From an uncultured Clostridia bacterium (GTDB lineage Bacteria; Bacillota; Clostridia; TANB77; CAG-508), in the NCBI GenBank assembly GCA_948857205.1, contig CAQPRV010000013.1, positions 1-60,725 of the forward strand: DNA of 60,725 nucleotides, given 5' to 3'. The translations under genes and the position numbers were made by a program. Of this stretch, positions 1 through 8,748 are shown piece after piece; within the stretch, counting starts at the first letter, position 1; every line of letters starts with the position of its first letter. Below the pieces are notes generated by a model that worked only from the letters and a program-made list of their open reading frames with translations, searched no databases and was not told the DNA's origin.

Positions 1-99
1 GCTCCCAAGAACCAGCCCTCCGACTCCATCCTGAGCACCTGGTGCACCTTCACCAAGAGCGGCGACGTGTACACCCTGAAAGAGGCGCATTTTATATGA
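1..99 (+). CDS. 3' end of an ORF entering from outside the window; GC-rich, compositionally foreign (partial)
   Basis: Frame 1 is open from base 1 to TGA at 97-99 (APKNQPSDSILSTWCTFTKSGDVYTLKEAHFI*). Codons are strongly G/C-ending (CTG, AGC, ACC, GTG), unlike every other gene here. Composition switches abruptly near base 90. Confidence 0.3.
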   Translation, partial: APKNQPSDSILSTWCTFTKSGDVYTLKEAHFI

Positions 100-110
100 T
101 TAGAATTTCT

Positions 111-232
111 TAATATTTGTAAGGCAGCCGAGAATTTGAATAAATATTTTAGATATTATTCTTCCCTTTATTTAATTATCTGCCCTAAAAATCAAGATTT
201 GTAAGGCTTAGGGAGCTTAGCTCAATATCTAT
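111..232. repeat. Intergenic repeat (family 5); inverted and direct copies at 31209-31393
   Basis: The reverse complement of roughly 118-220 aligns along its length with 31209-31307 (shared strings such as caaatcttgattttt, cagataattaaata, tctaaaatatttattcaaattctcgg, ccttacaaat). Confidence 0.7.
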
Positions 233-250
233 TTACTGAACTGTAAAATT

Positions 251-2977
251 TTATCTTTCTACAAGTTCAACTTGTATAGCTTCTAATCTTAAGCATTGTC
301 CTTCTGTACCAGCGACTTCACCATCAGACACCCAAGGACTCCAACCTTTATTTTGTATATAAGTTCTATATCTAACAGAATAATTAGGATTACTCAATTT
401 AATTCTAATTCCTTCTAATCTCTTACCTTCTCCTTCTGTACCAGCAAAAGCTCCATTACTTCTCCAAGTTTGCCAACCATAATCTTGAACATGAACTTTA
501 TAGCTAACATCAGTATTAGGAATAACTGAATTATTCACACTAATTTTAATGCCTTCTAATCTAAAACTTCTATCTTGAGTTCCAATAACTTCTCCATCTT
601 TTCCCCAGCCTGACCAGCCAATATTTTGAATATGAGAAGAATAAATAATTTTTGAAATAGAGGAAGGTTTAGCTTCTCCTAAATAATCTGTTCTTACAAC
701 TCTAACTTCTATTGCCTCTATTCTTAAACACTGACCTTCTGTTCCAGCAACTTCTCCATTATATTTCCAAGCTTGCCATCCTATATTTTGAATATGAACT
801 CTATACATAACAGAATAATTTGGCAAACCTTCTAACTTTATTTTAATTCCTTCTATTCTTTTAGACTTTCCTTCTGTTCCAGCAATTTGACCATCTTGTA
901 CCCAAGACTGCCAGCCTATATCTTGAACATGAGCTTTATACTTAATATGTGCATTAGGCTTATCTGTTGGCAATATCAACCTTATTGCTTCTATTCTCTT
1001 TGATTTTCCAACTGTACCTACTGTCTCACCATCTTTTTTAAAGCTTTCCCAACCATAATCTTGTATATGACCTTTATATTGAACTGTTGCTATATTATAT
1101 CTATTATCCATATAATTAACTCTTTTGGTAATCCAGTCTTTTAAGTAATTTAACTCTGCTTCATATGTATTTCCATTTGGTGTTGTTGAAGGATTCTCAG
1201 AAGTATTTCCTAATAAATTATTCCACCTAACAAAATTCATCTTAATTGATTTTGACATATTTTTTGTATTACTATTAATTTTATTAATTATATTGTGAAA
1301 TTTAGGTCTTAATTGCTTTGTATAAGTAGCATTTACTAAATCTACAAATTGATTATATTGAAATAACTGTGTATACCATGTGTTTGTCTTATAATTTAAA
1401 ATATAATCTGCGTTTGCATCTCCACCTTTATGCGCTGACTTATAGTATCCAAATGCTGCATCAAAGTCCCAAACTGGACCAGCATGTATTAAATCTTTAT
1501 CACCATCTTTATAAAAAAAGGTACTTGAATAAAAGCCATCTGGATCCTCTGTTAATTCCATAACCAAATACAATTTTGCAAAAGACTCTACATCTATTAC
1601 TTTTTTTATTTGTTCCCAAGATGCTTTGGTACTAAGTAAGGTTTCAAATTTGTTAATTGAACTTTCAAAACTCTCTAAGGCTACCTTTTGTGCTTCGTCT
1701 CCTAAATCCTTGTCATCTGCATATGAGCTTTTTAGAGCAAAAGTAGCTTGCGATTTTTGTGTTGTAAAATAAAAATCCTCTTGTTTTCCATATTCATTAT
1801 CGATTTCTACTAATACACCCTTTTCATCTTTTAAATCTACTCTACTTGAACCACTTTCAACTTTGTCACATAATAAATAATTTCCTATAAATTCTCCATT
1901 TACATATAAATCTACAAAAGTAGAATTTGGAATATTAGTTAAACTTGCTTCTATACCTAAATCATATGCAATTTTATTTCTTAACAAAGTTCTATCTGCT
2001 TGATTTGCTATCAAAACCCATTTTTTAGACTTGCCATTTCCAATTCCTAGCAAATTTTGCTTTTTATTTAACTTTATTTGATATCCTCTTTTGTCCATCT
2101 TCCATGTGCTATTTCCTCTTCCTTTAAATTCAATAGTATCATCTAAAATATTATAACTATCATCCTTAGCTCCAACTATTTGCATCGTTGCTGGATATTT
2201 TACATCTTTAGTTCCTGCATGCACAGTTTTAAGTGATACATCATTTTTTAAATTGATACATAAACTAGGTAAGTCTGATTGCATTACTTTAATTGTATAA
2301 TTTTTATTATCACTAGTTGTTATTTTTAAGGTATCATTTAATGAAAAGTCATTTGTTATTTTTTTGTTATTTATATCAATTGTTCCTGAAGATATTTGTT
2401 TTATATCTGTTCCATATTGATACATAATTTCTAAGGCTTTTATATCAACTATTTTAGGTAAAAATAAATAATAAATTCCTTTTGATAAATATGTTTCTAT
2501 CTTATATCCATTTACATTAATATAAGCAGAAAAAGATATATCTTGTGATAAAGGAGTTTTTATTTCGTCTTCAATTTTTATTCCTTGTAATTGTTGGTTT
2601 TTATCTTCTTTTTCACTATTAAATGATTTTTTTTCTATATCTTCCTCTGCTTCTTCTTTACTATTTATTTGATTATTTTCTGTTTTATTAATTTCACCAT
2701 CATTATTTATTTGACTGTTTTCTATATTATTAATTGTTTCCTTCTCTATTTTATCGTTTTGTTTCATATTGTCTATTTTTTCATCTTGATTTGTTATATT
2801 ATCAACAGTATTTTCTTTTAAACTGTTGTCTACACTTTCTTGTTTTTCCAAGGAGTGGACTTCAGCCACTCCTTGATTATTATTTATATTATTAGAAATC
2901 GAAAATACTGTTGGAGTTGCTATCTTTAACAATAGAATAAATATAATTCCAATTGCTAAAATCTTTCTTTCCTTCAT
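251..2977 (-). CDS. Secreted CotH kinase-family protein with six C-terminal ChW repeats
   Basis: 908-aa ORF with an N-terminal signal-like hydrophobic segment. Central CotH-like region (FVDLYVNGEFIGNYLLCDKVE, WDFDAAFG). Six repeats of the Y.xH[IV]Q.xGWxxW...G.xG.xxR[IL]E[AG]I type (ChW, clostridial hydrophobic W). RBS aaaggaag lies upstream of the ATG. Confidence 0.8.
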   Translation of the reverse strand: MKERKILAIGIIFILLLKIATPTVFSISNNINNNQGVAEVHSLEKQESVDNSLKENTVDNITNQDEKIDNMKQNDKIEKETINNIENSQINNDGEINKTENNQINSKEEAEEDIEKKSFNSEKEDKNQQLQGIKIEDEIKTPLSQDISFSAYINVNGYKIETYLSKGIYYLFLPKIVDIKALEIMYQYGTDIKQISSGTIDINNKKITNDFSLNDTLKITTSDNKNYTIKVMQSDLPSLCINLKNDVSLKTVHAGTKDVKYPATMQIVGAKDDSYNILDDTIEFKGRGNSTWKMDKRGYQIKLNKKQNLLGIGNGKSKKWVLIANQADRTLLRNKIAYDLGIEASLTNIPNSTFVDLYVNGEFIGNYLLCDKVESGSSRVDLKDEKGVLVEIDNEYGKQEDFYFTTQKSQATFALKSSYADDKDLGDEAQKVALESFESSINKFETLLSTKASWEQIKKVIDVESFAKLYLVMELTEDPDGFYSSTFFYKDGDKDLIHAGPVWDFDAAFGYYKSAHKGGDANADYILNYKTNTWYTQLFQYNQFVDLVNATYTKQLRPKFHNIINKINSNTKNMSKSIKMNFVRWNNLLGNTSENPSTTPNGNTYEAELNYLKDWITKRVNYMDNRYNIATVQYKGHIQDYGWESFKKDGETVGTVGKSKRIEAIRLILPTDKPNAHIKYKAHVQDIGWQSWVQDGQIAGTEGKSKRIEGIKIKLEGLPNYSVMYRVHIQNIGWQAWKYNGEVAGTEGQCLRIEAIEVRVVRTDYLGEAKPSSISKIIYSSHIQNIGWSGWGKDGEVIGTQDRSFRLEGIKISVNNSVIPNTDVSYKVHVQDYGWQTWRSNGAFAGTEGEGKRLEGIRIKLSNPNYSVRYRTYIQNKGWSPWVSDGEVAGTEGQCLRLEAIQVELVER

Positions 2978-2993
2978 AAAAATTTCTTCCTTT

Positions 2994-5390
2994 CTAATAT
3001 CTTCTATATCCTACATTCATATCTACTCTTCCATTAATTCCAGATACAGTTCCAGAACTTGTATATTGCCACATATCATAATTATATTTAAAATTTGTTG
3101 GCTTTGATGTACTTCCTGTATAATGTGCTAACCAAATTTGATATTGTGAAATTCGTGAAAATTCTAAGTTATTATAATACCATTCTCTACTAGCATACAC
3201 CATTGGTATATATCCTTTTAAAGAAACTTGATTACAAAAACCTACTATTGCATTTGTTCTAGTCTTTTTGTCTAATAAATCAGCTCTACCAGGTTCTGAA
3301 CCATTACCCCTTGCTCCTGAATCTTCTGTATCAATTATAATTGGATAATCAATTGAAATATTATTGGCTTTTAAAGTATTAATTGACCAATTTGCTTCTT
3401 CTTGTCCTTCTGCAAGATTAATTGCTTGTGAAAAGAAGTATACACCTACTTTAATTCCAGCAGCTTTAGCTCCTTTTATATTATCAAGAAATTTTGCATC
3501 TTGAACAATCTTTCCTGTTCTATAACCACGGTAACCTATTCTAACTATTGCAAAGTCAACACCTGATGCTTTAACTTTTTTCCAGTTAATATCTTTGTTC
3601 CATTCACTAACATCTATTCCCTTATATTGTCTTTTATATTTTGGAACTATTCTTATTTTTATTCCTTCAATTCTCTTACATTTTCCAACAGTTCCAGCAG
3701 TTTCTCCATCTATATACCATTGACTCCAACCATAATCTTGGATATGTACTTTATATTCTACTGTATAACTATCTAAACCTTGTAATTTAATTTGAAGTGC
3801 TTCAATTCTTTTACATTTACCTTGTGTTCCAGCTAATTGCCCATCAGCTGACCATCCTTGCCAACCAACATCTTGTACATGTGTTCTATATAATATTTTT
3901 GCAGTTTTTGGCACATCTTCTAATTGTATTTTTAAAGCTTCTACTCTTTTAGATAAACCTGATGTTCCAGACAAAAGCCCCTCTGGTACAGTTTGTTGCC
4001 AACCAATATCTTGTACATGTGATTGATATATTACTTCTGGTTCAACTTTTTCTTCACCTATTGGAACAATTCTAATTTGAATACCTTCTATTCCTTTACA
4101 TTGACCTGTTGTTCCAGCAGTTTCTCCATTCTTTTTCCATTTTTGCCATCCATAGCCTTGTACATAAGCTCTGTATTCTACACTATATCCTGATAAATTT
4201 TCTACTTTTATTCTAATAGCTTCTATTTTTTTTGATCTACCTTCAGTACCTGCAAGTTGTCCATTAGCTCTCCAAACTTGCCAACCTATACTTTCTACAT
4301 GTGCTTGATAAGTAATTTTACTATTTGCATTTGCTTCATTTAGGCTTATTTTTATACCTTCAATACTTCTAGATTGTCCAGTTGTTCCTGATAAATTCCA
4401 TTCGTTAACTATATCTTGCCAACCTATACCTTGTACATGTGATTGATATAATAATTCTGGTTCTTTTAATACATCTGCTGATTTAGTTATTTTTACTTGA
4501 ATTCCTTCAATTCTATAATTTTCTCCTGTTGTTCCAGCTATTTCACCATTCTTTTTCCATTTTTGCCATCCTCTTCCTTGTATGTAGGCTCTATATTCTA
4601 CACTATATCCTGATAAATTAACTAAACGAATTCTAATAGCTTCAATTCTTTTTGATTGTCCTTCTGTCCCTGACAAAGCTCCATTTGCTTTCCATGATTG
4701 CCAACCAACATTTTGAACATGTGATTGATACTCAATTTTTGCATTTGCAGGTGCATTAACTAAACTAATATTTAAAGCTTCTATTCTATTTCCACTATTA
4801 GTTTGTCCTGAAGTAGCTCCATTTTCTACATAATTTTTCCATCCAATATTTTGTACATGAGTTCTATATCTTACACCTATAGTAGTTGTTTCTTTTAAAC
4901 TAGTTGTTGCTGGCTCATTTTCTTTATTTTCTAATTCTAAACTGCTTTTTGTTGAATCCTTTGTTGTACTTGTAGTATTAATTTTATTTTGTGAATTTGT
5001 ATTTGTTGTATTAGTCTTATTTGTAGCTTTATCTGTAGTATTGTTGTTGTTCTTATCTGTGTTTATTTGGTTTGATACTGTGTTATTTTTATTAGATATT
5101 GTATTGTCTTTTGTATTATTTACAGTATTAGATAAAGTATTTGTATTGCTAGTATTATTGGTCTTATTGCTGTTTGTATCATTTTTTATATTATTAATTA
5201 TGTTATTATCTGTTTTATCTTTTGTAGCCTTTTGTATATCTGTATTTTCAACAGAATTTGTAGTTGTTTCATTTTTTGTATTGTCTTCAGTAGTTATACT
5301 ACTTGCATTACTACTAAAAATAATAACCGAAAATATATTAAATAATAATATCATTAGTATAATACTTGATATGAATTTGCTTCTTTTCAT
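2994..5390 (-). CDS. Secreted GH25 muramidase (lysozyme) with Asn/Thr-rich linker and nine ChW repeats
   Basis: C-terminal GH25-like module (GIDVSEWNKDINWKKVKASGVDFAIVRIGYRG...DMWQYTSSG), nine ChW repeats in three triplets, and a low-complexity N/T-rich region after the signal peptide. The start is placed at the second ATG (MKRSKF), which is preceded by ggagag. Confidence 0.85.
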   Translation of the reverse strand: MKRSKFISSIILMILLFNIFSVIIFSSNASSITTEDNTKNETTTNSVENTDIQKATKDKTDNNIINNIKNDTNSNKTNNTSNTNTLSNTVNNTKDNTISNKNNTVSNQINTDKNNNNTTDKATNKTNTTNTNSQNKINTTSTTKDSTKSSLELENKENEPATTSLKETTTIGVRYRTHVQNIGWKNYVENGATSGQTNSGNRIEALNISLVNAPANAKIEYQSHVQNVGWQSWKANGALSGTEGQSKRIEAIRIRLVNLSGYSVEYRAYIQGRGWQKWKKNGEIAGTTGENYRIEGIQVKITKSADVLKEPELLYQSHVQGIGWQDIVNEWNLSGTTGQSRSIEGIKISLNEANANSKITYQAHVESIGWQVWRANGQLAGTEGRSKKIEAIRIKVENLSGYSVEYRAYVQGYGWQKWKKNGETAGTTGQCKGIEGIQIRIVPIGEEKVEPEVIYQSHVQDIGWQQTVPEGLLSGTSGLSKRVEALKIQLEDVPKTAKILYRTHVQDVGWQGWSADGQLAGTQGKCKRIEALQIKLQGLDSYTVEYKVHIQDYGWSQWYIDGETAGTVGKCKRIEGIKIRIVPKYKRQYKGIDVSEWNKDINWKKVKASGVDFAIVRIGYRGYRTGKIVQDAKFLDNIKGAKAAGIKVGVYFFSQAINLAEGQEEANWSINTLKANNISIDYPIIIDTEDSGARGNGSEPGRADLLDKKTRTNAIVGFCNQVSLKGYIPMVYASREWYYNNLEFSRISQYQIWLAHYTGSTSKPTNFKYNYDMWQYTSSGTVSGINGRVDMNVGYRRY

Positions 5391-5485
5391 TACTATCTCT
5401 CCTATCATAATTTTCTTAATTCACCTTTTATTTTATCTTCTTCTACATTTTCTGTCAATATATTTTCGTTAACTAATTATTGGAA

Positions 5486-5580
5486 ATGCCATTGGGGACG
5501 GAGAATTTTGGCAATAATTTTTTTATTTATAATATCAAAAATAAAAATAATTATTGCCAAAATTCTCCGTCCCCAATGGC
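5486..5580. repeat. Family-1 palindromic element (arms of about 32 nt, core GGGGACGGAGAATTTTGGCAATAA)
   Basis: gccattggggacggagaattttggcaataatt ... aattattgccaaaattctccgtccccaatggc form perfectly complementary arms 8 nt downstream of the GT2 stop. Related copies lie at 8769-8843, 15053-15083, 17206-17237 with 18266-18297, and 51903-52030. Confidence 0.85.
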
Positions 5581-5588
5581 ACAAAGTC

Positions 5589-6533
5589 TTATTTCTCAAT
5601 ATTAATTTTTTTATCTATAACATATTGTGGTCTGCCTTTTGACTCATCATAAATTCTGCCAATATATTCTGAGATAACCCATAAAGATAACAATTGTACA
5701 CCAGCAAAAAAAGTAACTGCAACCATAATAGATGTCCATCCAGCAGATAAATTATTTAACTTAAATGCAAAAGAAACAAGTGCATATATCAAAATTGCAA
5801 TAGAAATTATTATAGAAATAATTCCTAAAGCCCCAACCAATTTTATTGGCTTATTTGAAAAACTGATAATTCCATCAGATGCCAATTTAAGCATTTTCTT
5901 TAACGGATATTTTGTCTCTCCTGCAAATCTTTCTTGTCTTTCATATTCATAAGCATATTGCTTATAACCTACCCAACTGAATAAGCCTCTTAAAAATTTA
6001 TTATGTTCTGGTAAACTATTTATTGTTTCAACTACTTTTCTATCAACTAATCTAAAATCTCCTGTATCTTTTGGAATTTCTACATCTGACAAGGCATTTA
6101 AGGTATTATAAAACATTTTAGCTGTTAATAATTTAAAAGCAGATTCACCTTTTCTAGTTTTTCTTTTTCCATATATTACTTCGTTTCCTTCTTCCCACTT
6201 TTGTAACATATCTGGTATTAATTCTGGTGGATCTTGAAGGTCTGCATCAATAATTACAATTGCATCTCCAGTTACTTCTTTTAGACCTGCTGTTACTGCT
6301 GCCTGATGACCAAAATTTCTAGAGAAAGATATTATTTTTACGTCTTTATCCTTTTCAGCTATTTCTTGTAAAATTTCAATAGTTTTGTCTTTACTTCCAT
6401 CATTAATAAATATAATTTCATGTTTATAGTTTTCTAAGCTATTTAAAACTTCTTTTACTCTTTTATAACATTCTTTTGCAACTTTTTCTTCATAGTACAT
6501 TGGTATTACAAGTGATACTTTATTTTTTTCCAT
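5589..6533 (-). CDS. GT2 polyprenol-phosphate glycosyltransferase (GtrB/CsbB/DPM1-like) with C-terminal TM helices
   Basis: VSLVIPMYYEE, NDGSKD and IDADLQDPPE motifs, plus two C-terminal transmembrane segments typical of bactoprenol glycosyltransferases. Confidence 0.85.
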   Translation of the reverse strand: MEKNKVSLVIPMYYEEKVAKECYKRVKEVLNSLENYKHEIIFINDGSKDKTIEILQEIAEKDKDVKIISFSRNFGHQAAVTAGLKEVTGDAIVIIDADLQDPPELIPDMLQKWEEGNEVIYGKRKTRKGESAFKLLTAKMFYNTLNALSDVEIPKDTGDFRLVDRKVVETINSLPEHNKFLRGLFSWVGYKQYAYEYERQERFAGETKYPLKKMLKLASDGIISFSNKPIKLVGALGIISIIISIAILIYALVSFAFKLNNLSAGWTSIMVAVTFFAGVQLLSLWVISEYIGRIYDESKGRPQYVIDKKINIEK

Positions 6534-6739
6534 TTTCTTTTCTACAATAAAATTATATTGTTGCTCCTTCCTTTTATTTTTTTAATTCACTTCATTTTGT
6601 AACATGTTTTTTCTAGTTTTTTTATATTTTATTCTATTTTTCAAAATAACTATATCTAGTATAATACCAATTAGGAATTTTTTCAATATATTTAAGGCAA
6701 TATATTTGTGCATATAAGTATTAAAACAAACAAAAATAT

Positions 6740-7159
6740 TTACTTTTTCTTCCTAAATATAACTAATTTACTCAATACATAATTCAAAACAATAACCATT
6801 ATTTGAGTCACAATTTTAGCAATAACATCATTAATATTAAAAACTTTAACCATCAAGGCAAAAGTTCCTACATCACAACAAATTCCAGAAAAAACTCTTG
6901 ATAAGAAAAAAGTAGTCATCTCAATTGCAATCTCTTTAAAACCAGACTTTTCACTTTCAAATACAAATATTTTATTAGTTATATATGCAAATAGCACAGA
7001 TACAAACCAAGCAATACCATTACTTATAACTTCATCAACACTAAATAACTTTGTAGAAATAAAATAGCAAATAAAATTAACTAAAGTAGTTAAACCACCA
7101 AATATAACATAATTTACAAGCTCTTTATTTTTAGAATATAACTCTTTAATTTTCTCCAT
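6740..7159 (-). CDS. GtrA-family small membrane protein
   Basis: 139 aa with four predicted TM segments and a GtrA-like N-terminus (YVIFGGLTTLVNF). It lies adjacent to the GtrB-like GT2. Confidence 0.75.
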   Translation of the reverse strand: MEKIKELYSKNKELVNYVIFGGLTTLVNFICYFISTKLFSVDEVISNGIAWFVSVLFAYITNKIFVFESEKSGFKEIAIEMTTFFLSRVFSGICCDVGTFALMVKVFNINDVIAKIVTQIMVIVLNYVLSKLVIFRKKK

Positions 7160-7401
7160 TGTTTTACAATTCCCTTCTCAAAAAAGTTAGGGTAAACTAA
7201 TTCTCTTACATTCTTTACTAATATAGTATTTTTATAAAAAATTAGATATAAAATTTTTCTGTTTCAAATAAATTTTGACAACATTTCTAGTAAAAAATGT
7301 ATTCAATTTAATCAATTCACAAATATTGTAAGAAAATTATTTTACCCTACAAAAAAGTTCTTAATTAATATTAGCTATTTAAATCCTTAATATATATCTT
7401 T

Positions 7402-8748
7402 TTATGAAATCAATTTACAAGCTCCAAACAAAACATACATTATAACTAAAATACTAATCATAATAAATACAAATATCTTTATAACTTTATTCTTCTTTTG
7501 ATTATACATTAAAGCACATAATAAAGGTATTATTGGAAATAAATATCTACCCTGTGGTTGAAAATCATAAGTATAACACCTATATATATTTAATCCTAAA
7601 GTTAAAATTCCAGCTAAAAACACTAAAATTAAGGGTATAACTCTACCTCTATAAAAATCATCTCCTCTCTTTCGTTTTCGAACATTATTAACAATTAAAT
7701 ATAAACTTAAAATTAAATAACCTCCAAGTATTAAGTAATAAAAAATATGTGTTGCATATTTATTCATATAACCATAAACACCAATAAAAGAAAAAGCAGT
7801 CTTTTGGTAAAACTCTTTATTTTTTATAACATTTCCAATTGGCTTTCCTCTTTCACTCCACCTAAAATTGCCATTTGCAGTTCCATTTGTCCTTCCAGCT
7901 GGATATGGAGCAATAAACTCTTCATCAGCTCTTAACACTCTAACTTGTTCCATATTTTTTATTCTATCTAAACGATTTATTCCATAATCAATTCCTAATC
8001 TAATACCTAAAGCTAAAAATCCTATTAATAAAACTATACCTATTTTAATAAGCTTTTCCTTTTTAAAAACTGTTTTATTATTAATAATCAAATATAAAAT
8101 TGCACTTATACCAGTAGCAATTAAATAATTAACTTTTGCTATTAATAGGAAATAAAATAATAGTCCCAATAATATTGCTTTTCCTACTATAGACATTTTC
8201 TTCGGTTCTTTAGAAATATCCATATTTAAATAGTTATTAAACCCACTATCCTTATAAAATAATTGATATATAAAAATTAAATTCAAAAAAACTGCCCATG
8301 CATCATTATTTATATATGAAAATATGTACCAAACTTGTGAAGTTAGCAAAAAAGGTATAAATAAATAACTTTCTTTTTTATATAATTTATAGCAATAAAC
8401 TAAAATTATTGCTAATAAAATTAAGTTAAAAGATCTTGCTATTAATACTTTAACAATATCATTATTAATAATATTATTAAATAAACTTGTAAATTTACCA
8501 ACCAAAAAATAATAACTATCTAATTCTGTCAATCTGCTTTCTCCATGCACAGAAAAAGAAGCCTTAATCTCGTCATCTGTAAATTTTGGTGGCATAATAT
8601 GTTTTTGATAATATTTAACTGCTTCATAATGTACTTTTTCGTCAGGATGCGAATCTAGTTTTGTCTTACAACTAATTAATACACTTATAATAAATATAGC
8701 CATTAATAAAAATATAAAAATCATTTTAGATAACTTTTTCTTTATCAT
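7402..8748 (-). CDS. Polytopic membrane protein, probable GT-C-type (DUF2142-like) extracytoplasmic glycosyltransferase
   Basis: 448 aa with many TM segments and an N-terminal HPDE..H motif after TM1. Its position next to GtrA/GtrB-like genes is typical of such enzymes. It is a paralog of the 12756-14070 gene. Confidence 0.5.
   Translation of the reverse strand: MIKKKLSKMIFIFLLMAIFIISVLISCKTKLDSHPDEKVHYEAVKYYQKHIMPPKFTDDEIKASFSVHGESRLTELDSYYFLVGKFTSLFNNIINNDIVKVLIARSFNLILLAIILVYCYKLYKKESYLFIPFLLTSQVWYIFSYINNDAWAVFLNLIFIYQLFYKDSGFNNYLNMDISKEPKKMSIVGKAILLGLLFYFLLIAKVNYLIATGISAILYLIINNKTVFKKEKLIKIGIVLLIGFLALGIRLGIDYGINRLDRIKNMEQVRVLRADEEFIAPYPAGRTNGTANGNFRWSERGKPIGNVIKNKEFYQKTAFSFIGVYGYMNKYATHIFYYLILGGYLILSLYLIVNNVRKRKRGDDFYRGRVIPLILVFLAGILTLGLNIYRCYTYDFQPQGRYLFPIIPLLCALMYNQKKNKVIKIFVFIMISILVIMYVLFGACKLIS

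Noticed and set aside
5041-5472. Plus-strand ORFs in the six-frame track that lie antisense to long minus-strand genes (for example 5041-5472, 30362-30709, 43571-43861, 44171-44617, 51608-51973, 54053-54370, 58034-58531, 58583-58921, and the minus-strand ORFs 46140-46370 and 46407-46703 antisense to ylbJ).
   Set aside because: Their translations are low-complexity F/L/I/S-rich strings with no motifs or RBS. They overlap well-conserved genes on the opposite strand and are expected by chance in such AT-rich DNA. ORF 30362-30709 even runs through the tRNA-Trp gene.
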